Shown here piece after piece: positions 28,238 to 35,886 of a DNA stretch of 44,202 nucleotides. The stretch comes from an uncultured Acidimicrobiaceae bacterium. Lineage in GTDB: Bacteria > Actinomycetota > Acidimicrobiia > Spongiisociales > ZC4RG35. The stretch is from NCBI GenBank assembly GCA_964400035.1, contig CAYNSP010000003.1, positions 1 through 44,202 of the forward strand, given 5' to 3'. The notes under the pieces were generated by a model. The model saw only the letters and a program-made list of their open reading frames with translations, made no database searches and was not told where the DNA came from. Position 1 is the first letter of the stretch. Each line of letters begins with the position of its first letter. The translations under genes and the position numbers were made by a program.

Positions 28238-29647
28238 GTGACGCAGGAAAGACCGGGTGAGGCATGTGGCGTCTTCGCTGCATACTCGACCACCCAGCGG
28301 GTGTCCCACCTCATCTACTTCGGTCTGTTCGCACTGCAGCATCGCGGCCAGGAATCGGCTGGAATCGCCACTTCTGACGGTGTCACCCTCACGGTCTTCA
28401 AGGATCTAGGTCTGGTCGCCCAGGTCTTCGACGAATCTGCCCTTGCCGGCCTTGACGGTCATCTGGGTATAGGACACACGCGCTACTCAACGACGGGATC
28501 GACCAGTTGGGCCAACGCCCAACCGGCCCACCGTCAGGTCGGGAGCACCAGTGTCGCTCTCGCCCACAACGGGAATCTGACCAATACCGCCGAACTGGCG
28601 GCCGAGTTGGGGATGACCGGTGCCTCCACCGACTCTGACCTGATGGCGGAGAGTCTGGCCAGGGCGATCGACGACGAGCGCTCCGATGCCCGGGGTCTAG
28701 AAGTGGCACTGATGAAGGTAGCCCCGACCTGGAAGGGAGCCTTCTCCCTGGTATTGATGGACCAGGGGCGGATAGTCGGGATCCGTGACCCGTTCGGTTT
28801 CCGCCCACTGTGTCTGGGACGTCTCGGCGACGGGGGCTGGGTGCTTGCCTCGGAAACCTCAGCACTCGACCTGGTTGGTGCCCGGTTTGTCAGGGAGATC
28901 TCCGCCGGTGAGATGGTGGTGATCGACGCCAACGGGGTGAAGAGCTATTCACCGTTCAGTGAGGTCAAGCCCGGGCTCTGCCTGTTCGAGTTCGTCTACT
29001 TCGCCCGCCCCGACAGTCACATGTACGGCCGGAGCATCCACGCCGCCCGCCATCGAATGGGTGTCACCCTGGCCACCGAGCACCCGGCTGAGGCCGATGT
29101 GGTGGTCCCGGTCCCCGAATCGGGAATCCCCGCAGCCCAGGGTTTCGCGGCAGCATCCGGAATCCCCTACGCCGACGGGCTGGTCAAGAACCGCTACGTC
29201 GGGAGAACCTTTATCGAGCCGACCCAGCTCCTTAGAGATCAGGGGATCAGGCTCAAGCTCAATCCCATCCCCGACACCCTCGAGAACAAACGGGTGGTGC
29301 TGGTCGACGATTCCATCATCCGCGGTTCCACCACCCGCCAGCTGGTTCAGATGGTCCGTGACGCAGGGGCCGCCGAAGTGCATCTCCGGGTGTCGTCGCC
29401 CCCCTACCGCTGGCCCTGCTTCTACGGGATGGACACGTCCGACCGGTCCACGCTGATCGCCTCCTACATGGGCATCGAGGAAATCAGGGAACAACTCGGG
29501 GCCGACACCCTCGGCTATCTGTCCCTGAACGGGTTGCTCGATGCGACCGGTGTGGCCGATGCCGGCTTCTGCACCGCCTGCCTATCCGGTGAGTATCCGG
29601 CCGAAGTACCCGTCAACACAGACAAGTTTCTGCTGGAACGGTCATGA
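28238..29647 (+). CDS. purF: amidophosphoribosyltransferase
   Basis: N-terminal nucleophile CGVF follows a short propeptide. PRPP loop VVLVDDSIIRGST. Cys ligands CFYGMD and FCTACLSGEYP for a 4Fe-4S cluster. GTG 28238 is chosen. The alternative ATG 28121 overlaps pfk by 56 nt. Confidence 0.9.
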   Translation: MTQERPGEACGVFAAYSTTQRVSHLIYFGLFALQHRGQESAGIATSDGVTLTVFKDLGLVAQVFDESALAGLDGHLGIGHTRYSTTGSTSWANAQPAHRQVGSTSVALAHNGNLTNTAELAAELGMTGASTDSDLMAESLARAIDDERSDARGLEVALMKVAPTWKGAFSLVLMDQGRIVGIRDPFGFRPLCLGRLGDGGWVLASETSALDLVGARFVREISAGEMVVIDANGVKSYSPFSEVKPGLCLFEFVYFARPDSHMYGRSIHAARHRMGVTLATEHPAEADVVVPVPESGIPAAQGFAAASGIPYADGLVKNRYVGRTFIEPTQLLRDQGIRLKLNPIPDTLENKRVVLVDDSIIRGSTTRQLVQMVRDAGAAEVHLRVSSPPYRWPCFYGMDTSDRSTLIASYMGIEEIREQLGADTLGYLSLNGLLDATGVADAGFCTACLSGEYPAEVPVNTDKFLLERS

Positions 29648-30612
29648 CCCGGTATCGGGACGCCGGGGTCGATCTGGAGGGCGCCTCGCGTCACGTCTCC
29701 CGAATCGGCCCCTCGGTGAAAGCGACCTGGGGGGACAATGTCATCGGGAACTTCGGCGGGTTCGCAGCCGGCGTCCGGATCCCGGACGGGTACCGCAATC
29801 CGGTCCTGATGATGACCACCGACGGTGTCGGGACCAAGCTCGAGTTGGCCCGTCGATTCGGGATCTGGGATGGGGTCGGTCGCGATCTGGTTGCGATGTG
29901 CGTCGATGACCTCGCCGCCGTCGGTGCCCGCCCGATCGGCCTCGTCGACTACATGGCAGTCGGAGCCCTTGACGCCGACAGGGATGCGACCATCGTCGAT
30001 TCCATCGCCAGGGCATGCATTGAGGCACGCACCCCGCTCCTCGGCGGTGAGACTGCCGAGCATCCGGGCGTCATGGCGCCAGACGCCGTCGATCTCGCCG
30101 CGGCGGCGATGGGGGTGGTGGAAGAAGGCGAAGCGCTCTCCCCTGAGCGGGTCAGGACCGGAGATGTCATCGTCGGTCTGCACTCGCCGAACCTCAGGTC
30201 AAATGGTTTCTCCCTCGTCCGGAAGCTCTTCGCCGACGACATCGCGGACCATGTGGAATCGCTCCTGGAGCCTTCGGTGATTTACAGCCCGTTGGTGCTC
30301 GACCTGATCGAAGGAGGCGGGGTCCGATCGGCGGCCCACATCACCGGTGGCGGCATCGTGGAGAACCTGCCGCGGGCTTTCCCCGCCGGTATGGGAGCCA
30401 TCATCCACACCGGAACCTGGCAGCCGCCAATGGTGTTCGAACTGATCGCCGAACGGGGTGTCTCCAGGGACGAGATGTTCCGGACCTTCAACATGGGGAT
30501 TGGCTTCTGCCTGATCGTCGACCCGGAAGCAGCACCTGGAATCGTGGGCAGGGCCGGTGCGGCGACGGTCATCGGAACAGTGGACGGGTCGGGTGAGTTG
30601 ACCCTCGCATGA
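29644..30612 (+). CDS. purM: phosphoribosylformylglycinamidine cyclo-ligase
   Basis: YRDAGVDLE, TTDGVGTKLE and GGETAEHPG motifs. ATGA overlap with the purF stop. Confidence 0.95.
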   Translation: MTRYRDAGVDLEGASRHVSRIGPSVKATWGDNVIGNFGGFAAGVRIPDGYRNPVLMMTTDGVGTKLELARRFGIWDGVGRDLVAMCVDDLAAVGARPIGLVDYMAVGALDADRDATIVDSIARACIEARTPLLGGETAEHPGVMAPDAVDLAAAAMGVVEEGEALSPERVRTGDVIVGLHSPNLRSNGFSLVRKLFADDIADHVESLLEPSVIYSPLVLDLIEGGGVRSAAHITGGGIVENLPRAFPAGMGAIIHTGTWQPPMVFELIAERGVSRDEMFRTFNMGIGFCLIVDPEAAPGIVGRAGAATVIGTVDGSGELTLA

Positions 30613-31406
30613 AGTTCACTGACGCAAGCGCCGTGACCCGCAGCGGGGAGGGTCTCTACCAGGCGGTGGCCCAGCCCGGCTGGGACATCTTCCAGGTGAC
30701 CAATGGGGGTTATGTCATGGCCATCGCCGGGCGGGCAATGACCGCAGAAGCGAACGGCCGGCATCTCGCCTCGATAAGCGGCCGTTTCATCAATCCGACC
30801 AGACCCGGCCCGCTGATGATCGATGTCGAGACGGTGAAAGCCGGGCGTTCCATGTCGACCCTGACAGCCCGGGTTAGGGATGATCAGAAGACCCTTCTTA
30901 TCGCCCATGCCACATTCACCGATGGCGCCCACGGCCCAGACGGCAACCTTCTCGTCCACGGGAGTCCCCCCGAGATCCCGCCGGTCGAGCAGTGCCTCCG
31001 GCTCCTCCCGGATGGGGAGGCCCCACTTCCCCCGCCTTTCGCCGAACAGGTGGGGACCTATCTCCATCCGGACGACCTGGCCCACTTCGCCACCAGCGAA
31101 TCCCGTGAAGCCCTGATCAGAGGATGGTTCCAGCTCCTAGATGGCGAATTGCTCGACCCGATAGGACTGGTGATGACTTCCGATGCCCTTCCGCCGGCTG
31201 TGTTCACTTCCGGTTTGCCGGTCGGCTGGACCCCCACCATCGACCTGACGGTCCATGTGAGGAATCCGGGACCCCACGAATGGGTCCAGACCGTATGCCG
31301 AACCCGTTTCGTCACCGGGGGGTGGCTCGAAGAGGATGTTGAGATGTGGACGCCCGACGGCGTTCTGGTCGCCCAGTCCCGTCAGCTCGCTCTCCTCGCC
31401 CGGTAA
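30609..31406 (+). CDS. double hot-dog acyl-CoA thioesterase family protein (TesB-like)
   Basis: 265 aa with two hot-dog halves (GGYVMAIAGRAM...VKAGRSMSTLTARV and WTPTIDLTVHV...GGWLEEDVEMWTPDGVLVAQSRQLAL). ATGA overlap with the purM stop. Confidence 0.7.
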   Translation: MKFTDASAVTRSGEGLYQAVAQPGWDIFQVTNGGYVMAIAGRAMTAEANGRHLASISGRFINPTRPGPLMIDVETVKAGRSMSTLTARVRDDQKTLLIAHATFTDGAHGPDGNLLVHGSPPEIPPVEQCLRLLPDGEAPLPPPFAEQVGTYLHPDDLAHFATSESREALIRGWFQLLDGELLDPIGLVMTSDALPPAVFTSGLPVGWTPTIDLTVHVRNPGPHEWVQTVCRTRFVTGGWLEEDVEMWTPDGVLVAQSRQLALLAR

Positions 31407-31438
31407 GTCCCGCCACTTCGACCCCCACACCGCAGGTT

Positions 31439-31490
31439 TGGGGGAAGGGGACCCCACGGCGGAGCCGTTGGGATGGGGGAAGGGGACCCC
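31439..31490. repeat. two perfect 17-nt direct repeats TGGGGGAAGGGGACCCC (31439-31455 and 31474-31490) flanking a small hairpin
   Basis: Read directly from the convergent thioesterase/add spacer. The intervening CCCACGGC-gga-GCCGT(T)GGG can pair. There are five G-runs of 3 or more. Confidence 0.8.
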
Positions 31491-31502
31491 CTAAGACCAG
31501 CG

Positions 31503-32489
31503 CTATCCCAAATCCTCAAGGAGCTCGGCCTTCCTCTCTTCGTCCAGGAAGGAGGATTCGATCGAGTTCCGGGCCAACTGGCGAACCACGTCATCACCGA
31601 AGTTGAAGGTGTCGATCAGAGCCTCGTAGTTGGCCCCCACATACCCGCCGAAGTAGGCCGGATCGTCGGAGTTGACACTCACCAATAGGCCCTCCTGGAG
31701 CATCCGGGGCAGGGGGTGGTCCTCGAGCCGGTCCACCACCTTCAACGCCAGGTTGGACAGTGGACAGACAGTGAGGGGTATCCGATCACGAACCAGTCTT
31801 GCCACAAGATCGGAGTCTTCGAGGCAGCGCACGCCATGATCGATCCGTTCGGCACCGAGCACGTCGAGAGCGCCGGTGATATAGGAGGGTGGCCCTTCCT
31901 CTCCGGCATGGGCGACAGCCCGAAGACCCAGCTTCCGGGCAATGGAGTAGGCCTCTTCGAACAACTCAGGCGGATATCCCACCTCTGACGAGTCGAGGCC
32001 GACCGCGATGACGCCTTCCAGATGAGGCTCGGCTGCCCGGATCGTGGCCACCGCCTCATCCGGTGGGAGATGACGAAGGAAACAGAGGATCAGGTCCGCG
32101 GTGATTCCGTGAGCGAACGAGGCGTCCGCAATCGCCTCCCGAAAGCCGCTCATGAAGACAGGGAAGTCGATTCCACGGCCGGTGTGGGTCTGTGGATCGA
32201 AGAAGATCTCGGCGTGTCGCACCCCGTCGCGTGCGGCACGGTCCAGATAGGCCCGCATCAGGTCGTAGAAGTCCTCAGGTGTCTGAAGGACCGAAGCACC
32301 TTCGTAGTAGATGTCCAGGAACGACTGGAGGTCGGTGAACCTGTAGGCGGACTTCACCTCCTCGAGGCTTCTGTAAGGCAACTCGAAACGGTTCCGCTTC
32401 GCCAGATCGAACATGAGGTCGGGTTCGAGGGTCCCCTCGATGTGGAGATGCAGTTCCGTCTTGGGAAGTGATCGCACGAACTCGCCCAT
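31503..32489 (-). CDS. add: adenosine deaminase
   Basis: Start reset to ATG 32489 (MGEFVRSLPKTELHLHIEGTL). The C-terminal SVNSDDPAYFG motif is present. Confidence 0.9.
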   Translation of the reverse strand: MGEFVRSLPKTELHLHIEGTLEPDLMFDLAKRNRFELPYRSLEEVKSAYRFTDLQSFLDIYYEGASVLQTPEDFYDLMRAYLDRAARDGVRHAEIFFDPQTHTGRGIDFPVFMSGFREAIADASFAHGITADLILCFLRHLPPDEAVATIRAAEPHLEGVIAVGLDSSEVGYPPELFEEAYSIARKLGLRAVAHAGEEGPPSYITGALDVLGAERIDHGVRCLEDSDLVARLVRDRIPLTVCPLSNLALKVVDRLEDHPLPRMLQEGLLVSVNSDDPAYFGGYVGANYEALIDTFNFGDDVVRQLARNSIESSFLDEERKAELLEDLG

Positions 32490-32585
32490 AAGCACCCGTC
32501 CGAGCCACCGGCGGGTGCCGGGCTTCCGACGTAACCGGAGGATAGCCTTGGGGGTCAGACCCCCGTACCGGAGCAAGGAGGCAAG

Positions 32586-33101
32586 ATGACGTCGGTACAC
32601 GACAAGACGCTCAACTACGCAGTGATGTTCGGCGGGATCACGTCAGCCGTGATCGGAGGCATCCTGCTTCTCAAACCCGACGAAGGCATCTCGTTGTTGA
32701 TGGTCCTTCTCGGCCTTTGGTGGCTGGTGTACGGCGCCTTCATGCTGTTCTCGGTGCTGATCGACAAGACCGGGTGGGGCTGGCAGGTGTTCCTGGGAGC
32801 CATGGGGATCGCGGCAGGTCTGATCACACTGGTCCGGCCGTCGGAGGCTGCGGCCGCCCTGGGCACGGGTCTGGCAGTGGTCCTCGGATCGTTGGCCCTG
32901 ATCATCGGAGTCGGTGCCATCTTCGGAGCGTTTCAGGGTGGCGGTTTCGGCGCCCTGCTCTTCGGTCTGGTCAGTGCTGTGGTCGGGGTGTTCTTCATCT
33001 TCGACCCGCTGACATCGGCCCGGAACACCGTGATGGTCCTTGCCTGGCTGATGCTGATAAGCGGGTTGGTGTCGATCTTTCAGGCGGTCAGATACAAGTA
33101 G
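32586..33101 (+). CDS. HdeD/DUF308 family membrane protein
   Basis: Six hydrophobic helices with the repeated G/A-rich DUF308 pattern (LLGLWWLVYGAFMLF, LAWLMLISGLVSIFQA). SD AAGGAGG lies 4 nt upstream. Confidence 0.8.
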   Translation: MTSVHDKTLNYAVMFGGITSAVIGGILLLKPDEGISLLMVLLGLWWLVYGAFMLFSVLIDKTGWGWQVFLGAMGIAAGLITLVRPSEAAAALGTGLAVVLGSLALIIGVGAIFGAFQGGGFGALLFGLVSAVVGVFFIFDPLTSARNTVMVLAWLMLISGLVSIFQAVRYK

Positions 33102-33126
33102 TCGGCAGGCAATTCCCGGGGTAAAG

Positions 33127-33150
33127 AGGGCGCCTTCGGGCGCCCTTTTC
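33127..33150 (+). terminator. intrinsic terminator
   Basis: AGGGCGCC-ttcg-GGCGCCCT followed by TTTT, 26 nt after the DUF308 stop. Confidence 0.8.
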
Positions 33151-33161
33151 CCGCTGACAGT

Positions 33162-33167
33162 TAGGAT
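33162..33167 (+). promoter_or_regulatory. -10-like hexamer TAGGAT, 7 nt upstream of the aminotransferase ATG
   Basis: TAGGAT-cgcgggt-ATG(33175), immediately after a strong terminator. No SD. Confidence 0.35.
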
Positions 33168-33174
33168 CGCGGGT

Positions 33175-34452
33175 ATGGCCGATCTGCTCAGTCGTCATGA
33201 AGACCTAATCGCACCGGTTATCGGTTTCTCTACCGAAATCCAGGCGGTGTCAGCCAGTGGCCTGTGGGTCACCGACATCGATGGGAACCGATGGGCGGAC
33301 TTCGCCTGCGGTACTGCGGTGACCAACCTCGGCCACAACCATCCTGCGGTGGTGGCCGCCGCCCAGGAGCAACTCGGGAAGTTCGTGCACTCAGGGGGTA
33401 TCTTCAGGCATGAGCCACTGGTCAATGCCGCTGAAAAGCTCCGTGAAATCACCCCTCCGACGATCGAGAAGTTCGGCTTCGCCAATGCTGGAGCCGAAGC
33501 CGTAGAGGCTTCGGTGAAACTCGCCAAATACGTCACCGGTCGCCAGGGCGTGATCGTGTTCAGGGGCGGGTTCCATGGCCGCACCATGGGTTCGGTGGCT
33601 TACACCACCTCCAAAGCCCAGTACCGGGACGGCTACCACCCGGTTCTCGGGTCTGTTTTCGTCGCTCCGTTCCCCCACGCCTACCGCTGGGGCATGACCG
33701 ACGAGGAAGCCACGCGGAGGGCACTCGACGAGCTCGACCTGATGTTCGCCCACGTGGTCTCGCCGAGGAACGTCGCCGCCTTTCTCCTCGAACCGGTTCA
33801 AGGTGAGGGCGGATACATACCGGCCCCTTCGGCTTTTCTCGATGGCCTCAGGGCACGGGCCGACGAGCACGGGATCCTGGTGATCTACGACGAAGTCCAG
33901 TCAGGGATGGGACGAACCGCGTCCTGGTTCGCCGCCGACCACTACCAAGCCCAACCCGACATCATCGCCATCGGGAAGGGGATCGCCAACGGTCTTCCCC
34001 TCTCTGCCTACGGAGCTTCCCGGGAGATCATGGACGCCTGGCCACGCGGCTCCCATGGCACGACGTTTGGCGGTAATCCTGTCGCAACCGCCTCGGCGGT
34101 GGCGGTGATCGAGACCATGGAGGGTCTCCTGGGATCGGCCCGCGAGCTGTCCGGGATGGCCTTCGATGGGTTCAACAGCCTCGCCGCGGAACACCCCACG
34201 ATCGGGGATGTGAGAGGCATCGGGTTGATGATCGGTGTCGAGTTCGTAACCGACCGGGACACCAGGGCACCGTCCGCCGACGCCTTCAAACATGTCCAGG
34301 CCCACGCTCGTGAGAACCGGCTGGTCTTCATCTCCTGTGGCATCCACGGAAACGTGCTTCGCTTCATTCCGCCCCTGGTCACCACCCCCGACGAACTGAA
34401 ATGGGCGATCGGGGTTATCGGCGACGGAATCCGCAGCTGGGAAGCCAGCTGA
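33175..34452 (+). CDS. class-III (GabT/ArgD-like) PLP-dependent aminotransferase
   Basis: VTNLGHNHPAVV, GAEAVEASVKLA, EPVQGEGG, DEVQSGMGRT and the PLP-Lys region IGKGIANGLP. Confidence 0.85.
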   Translation: MADLLSRHEDLIAPVIGFSTEIQAVSASGLWVTDIDGNRWADFACGTAVTNLGHNHPAVVAAAQEQLGKFVHSGGIFRHEPLVNAAEKLREITPPTIEKFGFANAGAEAVEASVKLAKYVTGRQGVIVFRGGFHGRTMGSVAYTTSKAQYRDGYHPVLGSVFVAPFPHAYRWGMTDEEATRRALDELDLMFAHVVSPRNVAAFLLEPVQGEGGYIPAPSAFLDGLRARADEHGILVIYDEVQSGMGRTASWFAADHYQAQPDIIAIGKGIANGLPLSAYGASREIMDAWPRGSHGTTFGGNPVATASAVAVIETMEGLLGSARELSGMAFDGFNSLAAEHPTIGDVRGIGLMIGVEFVTDRDTRAPSADAFKHVQAHARENRLVFISCGIHGNVLRFIPPLVTTPDELKWAIGVIGDGIRSWEAS

Positions 34453-34488
34453 GGAACCGTTCCCGGGCTCTCAGACATCAAACCCCCG

Positions 34489-35280
34489 ATGAGAAGGAGC
34501 CTTTCGGTAGCTGCCGCCTTGATGGCCCTGATGGTCGGTGCGTGTGCCCCATCCGGTGCAGAACCGGGCGGTCCTGACAACGTTCTCATCAGACTCGAGG
34601 AGATAGGCGGTTTCCTCCCGTTCGAGATGACCCTCGCCCAGGGCCCGACTTTCACCCTCACCACCGACGGCCGACTCCTCTCCATGGGGGCGGTGCCGGC
34701 GATCTACCCGGGCCCCCTGGTCTACCCGTATTTCGTGTCGCAACTGACACCGGGCGAGGTAAACCAGATCAAGGGAATCATCGGTCGGATCGGCCTCCCC
34801 GACATGGATGACGTCACCGACAACAGCGCCCAAGGGATGGTTGCTGACGCCGGGTCGACCAGGATCACCTATTGGGACTCGAACGGCGAGCACCGCTTCA
34901 CCGTCTATGCCCTGGGGATCGTCGCCAACCAGACCGCTGCGGCGAGAAGCCTTGCGGAGCTGCGGGGCATCCTCAGCGACCTCTCCTTCCGCCACGAACC
35001 GACGCCCTACCAACCCGAGCGGATTCGCGTCTTTGCCGGTGAGAGCATGCTCTCGGTCGAAGAACCCTTCATCGACGTCCGGCCATGGCCATTGCCCGAC
35101 AACACCCCATCGTCATGGGACCGGGTGGACTTCGGGTGGGTGTGCAAGGGGTTCGACGGGGATCTGCTCGGAGCATTCCTCAACGCCACCCAGGTGACCC
35201 GGTGGACCAACCCGGAGGGAGGTACGGGCCTGACCCTCTTCGTCAGACCGCTACACCCCGGCGAAACCGACTGTCCCTGA
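34489..35280 (+). CDS. hypothetical lipoprotein
   Basis: Signal peptide plus lipobox MRRSLSVAAALMALMVGAC. No family recognised. Confidence 0.6.
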   Translation: MRRSLSVAAALMALMVGACAPSGAEPGGPDNVLIRLEEIGGFLPFEMTLAQGPTFTLTTDGRLLSMGAVPAIYPGPLVYPYFVSQLTPGEVNQIKGIIGRIGLPDMDDVTDNSAQGMVADAGSTRITYWDSNGEHRFTVYALGIVANQTAAARSLAELRGILSDLSFRHEPTPYQPERIRVFAGESMLSVEEPFIDVRPWPLPDNTPSSWDRVDFGWVCKGFDGDLLGAFLNATQVTRWTNPEGGTGLTLFVRPLHPGETDCP

Positions 35281-35346
35281 GTCGGTCCGTTAGCTCTTCG
35301 AAGTGACGGGTAGGAGTTTCCGGGATCGGGGTACGGTTACGGGCTG

Positions 35347-35823
35347 ATGGAAGTCCATGATCTTCTGGCAGGTCTTCTCATCCTTGCCGGATTCGTAGGC
35401 ATAGCCCTGGTGATTACGCCGGGGCTTGTCGTCGTTGTGGGTGCCGTGGTGATCTGGGCCATCTTCGAGTCTTCCTGGGCAGGCTGGCTGGCAACGTCGA
35501 TCGCTGTGGCACTGGGTGTCGCCGGAATGACCCTGAAGATCCTCTACCCCGGGAAGAGGCTCAAGGAGACTGGAATACCGACGCGCAATCTCCTCATCGC
35601 CCTCGGACTCGGAACCGTCGGCTTCTTTGTCATCCCGGTGGTGGGCATGTTCATCGGGTTCCTCGGTGGCATCTACTTCTTCGAGATGCAACGGGTGGGC
35701 CGCGATCAGGCGTGGTCATCCACCCTCGAAGGTGTCAAGGCGATCGGCCTCTCCATCGGCATCGAGTTCATCACCGCCTTCCTCATCGCCACGATCTGGC
35801 TGGCGGCCGCCATTTTCGGTTAG
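35347..35823 (+). CDS. DUF456 domain-containing membrane protein
   Basis: Four hydrophobic helices. LLILAGFVGIALVITPGLVVVVGAVVIWA is typical of DUF456. Confidence 0.7.
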   Translation: MEVHDLLAGLLILAGFVGIALVITPGLVVVVGAVVIWAIFESSWAGWLATSIAVALGVAGMTLKILYPGKRLKETGIPTRNLLIALGLGTVGFFVIPVVGMFIGFLGGIYFFEMQRVGRDQAWSSTLEGVKAIGLSIGIEFITAFLIATIWLAAAIFG

Positions 35824-35828
35824 ATCCT

Positions 35829-35879
35829 CAAACCCAGGGTTCCAGAGCCCGGTAGGCGGGATGTAGAACCCTGGGTTTG
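35829..35879. terminator. perfect 14-bp inverted repeat (bidirectional terminator candidate) between convergent genes
   Basis: CAAACCCAGGGTTC (35829-35842) pairs with GAACCCTGGGTTTG (35866-35879). The 23-nt loop contains an inner CCCG/CGGG stem. The element is centred in the 63-nt DUF456/trpB2 spacer. Confidence 0.55.
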
Positions 35880-35886
35880 GCGGATA

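Noticed and set aside
31439-31490. Direct repeats considered as a CRISPR array.
   Set aside because: There are only two 17-nt copies with an 18-nt spacer, no cas genes, and a third partial copy 6 kb away. This is inconsistent with CRISPR. Reported as a generic repeat instead.
32490-32585. Small hairpins (CACCCG...CGGGTG and GGGGG-tcaga-CCCCC) in the divergent add/DUF308 spacer, considered as a purine-responsive riboswitch.
   Set aside because: The spacer is too short and lacks the three-way junction and conserved loops of purine riboswitches. These are probably just GC-rich promoter or UTR sequence.
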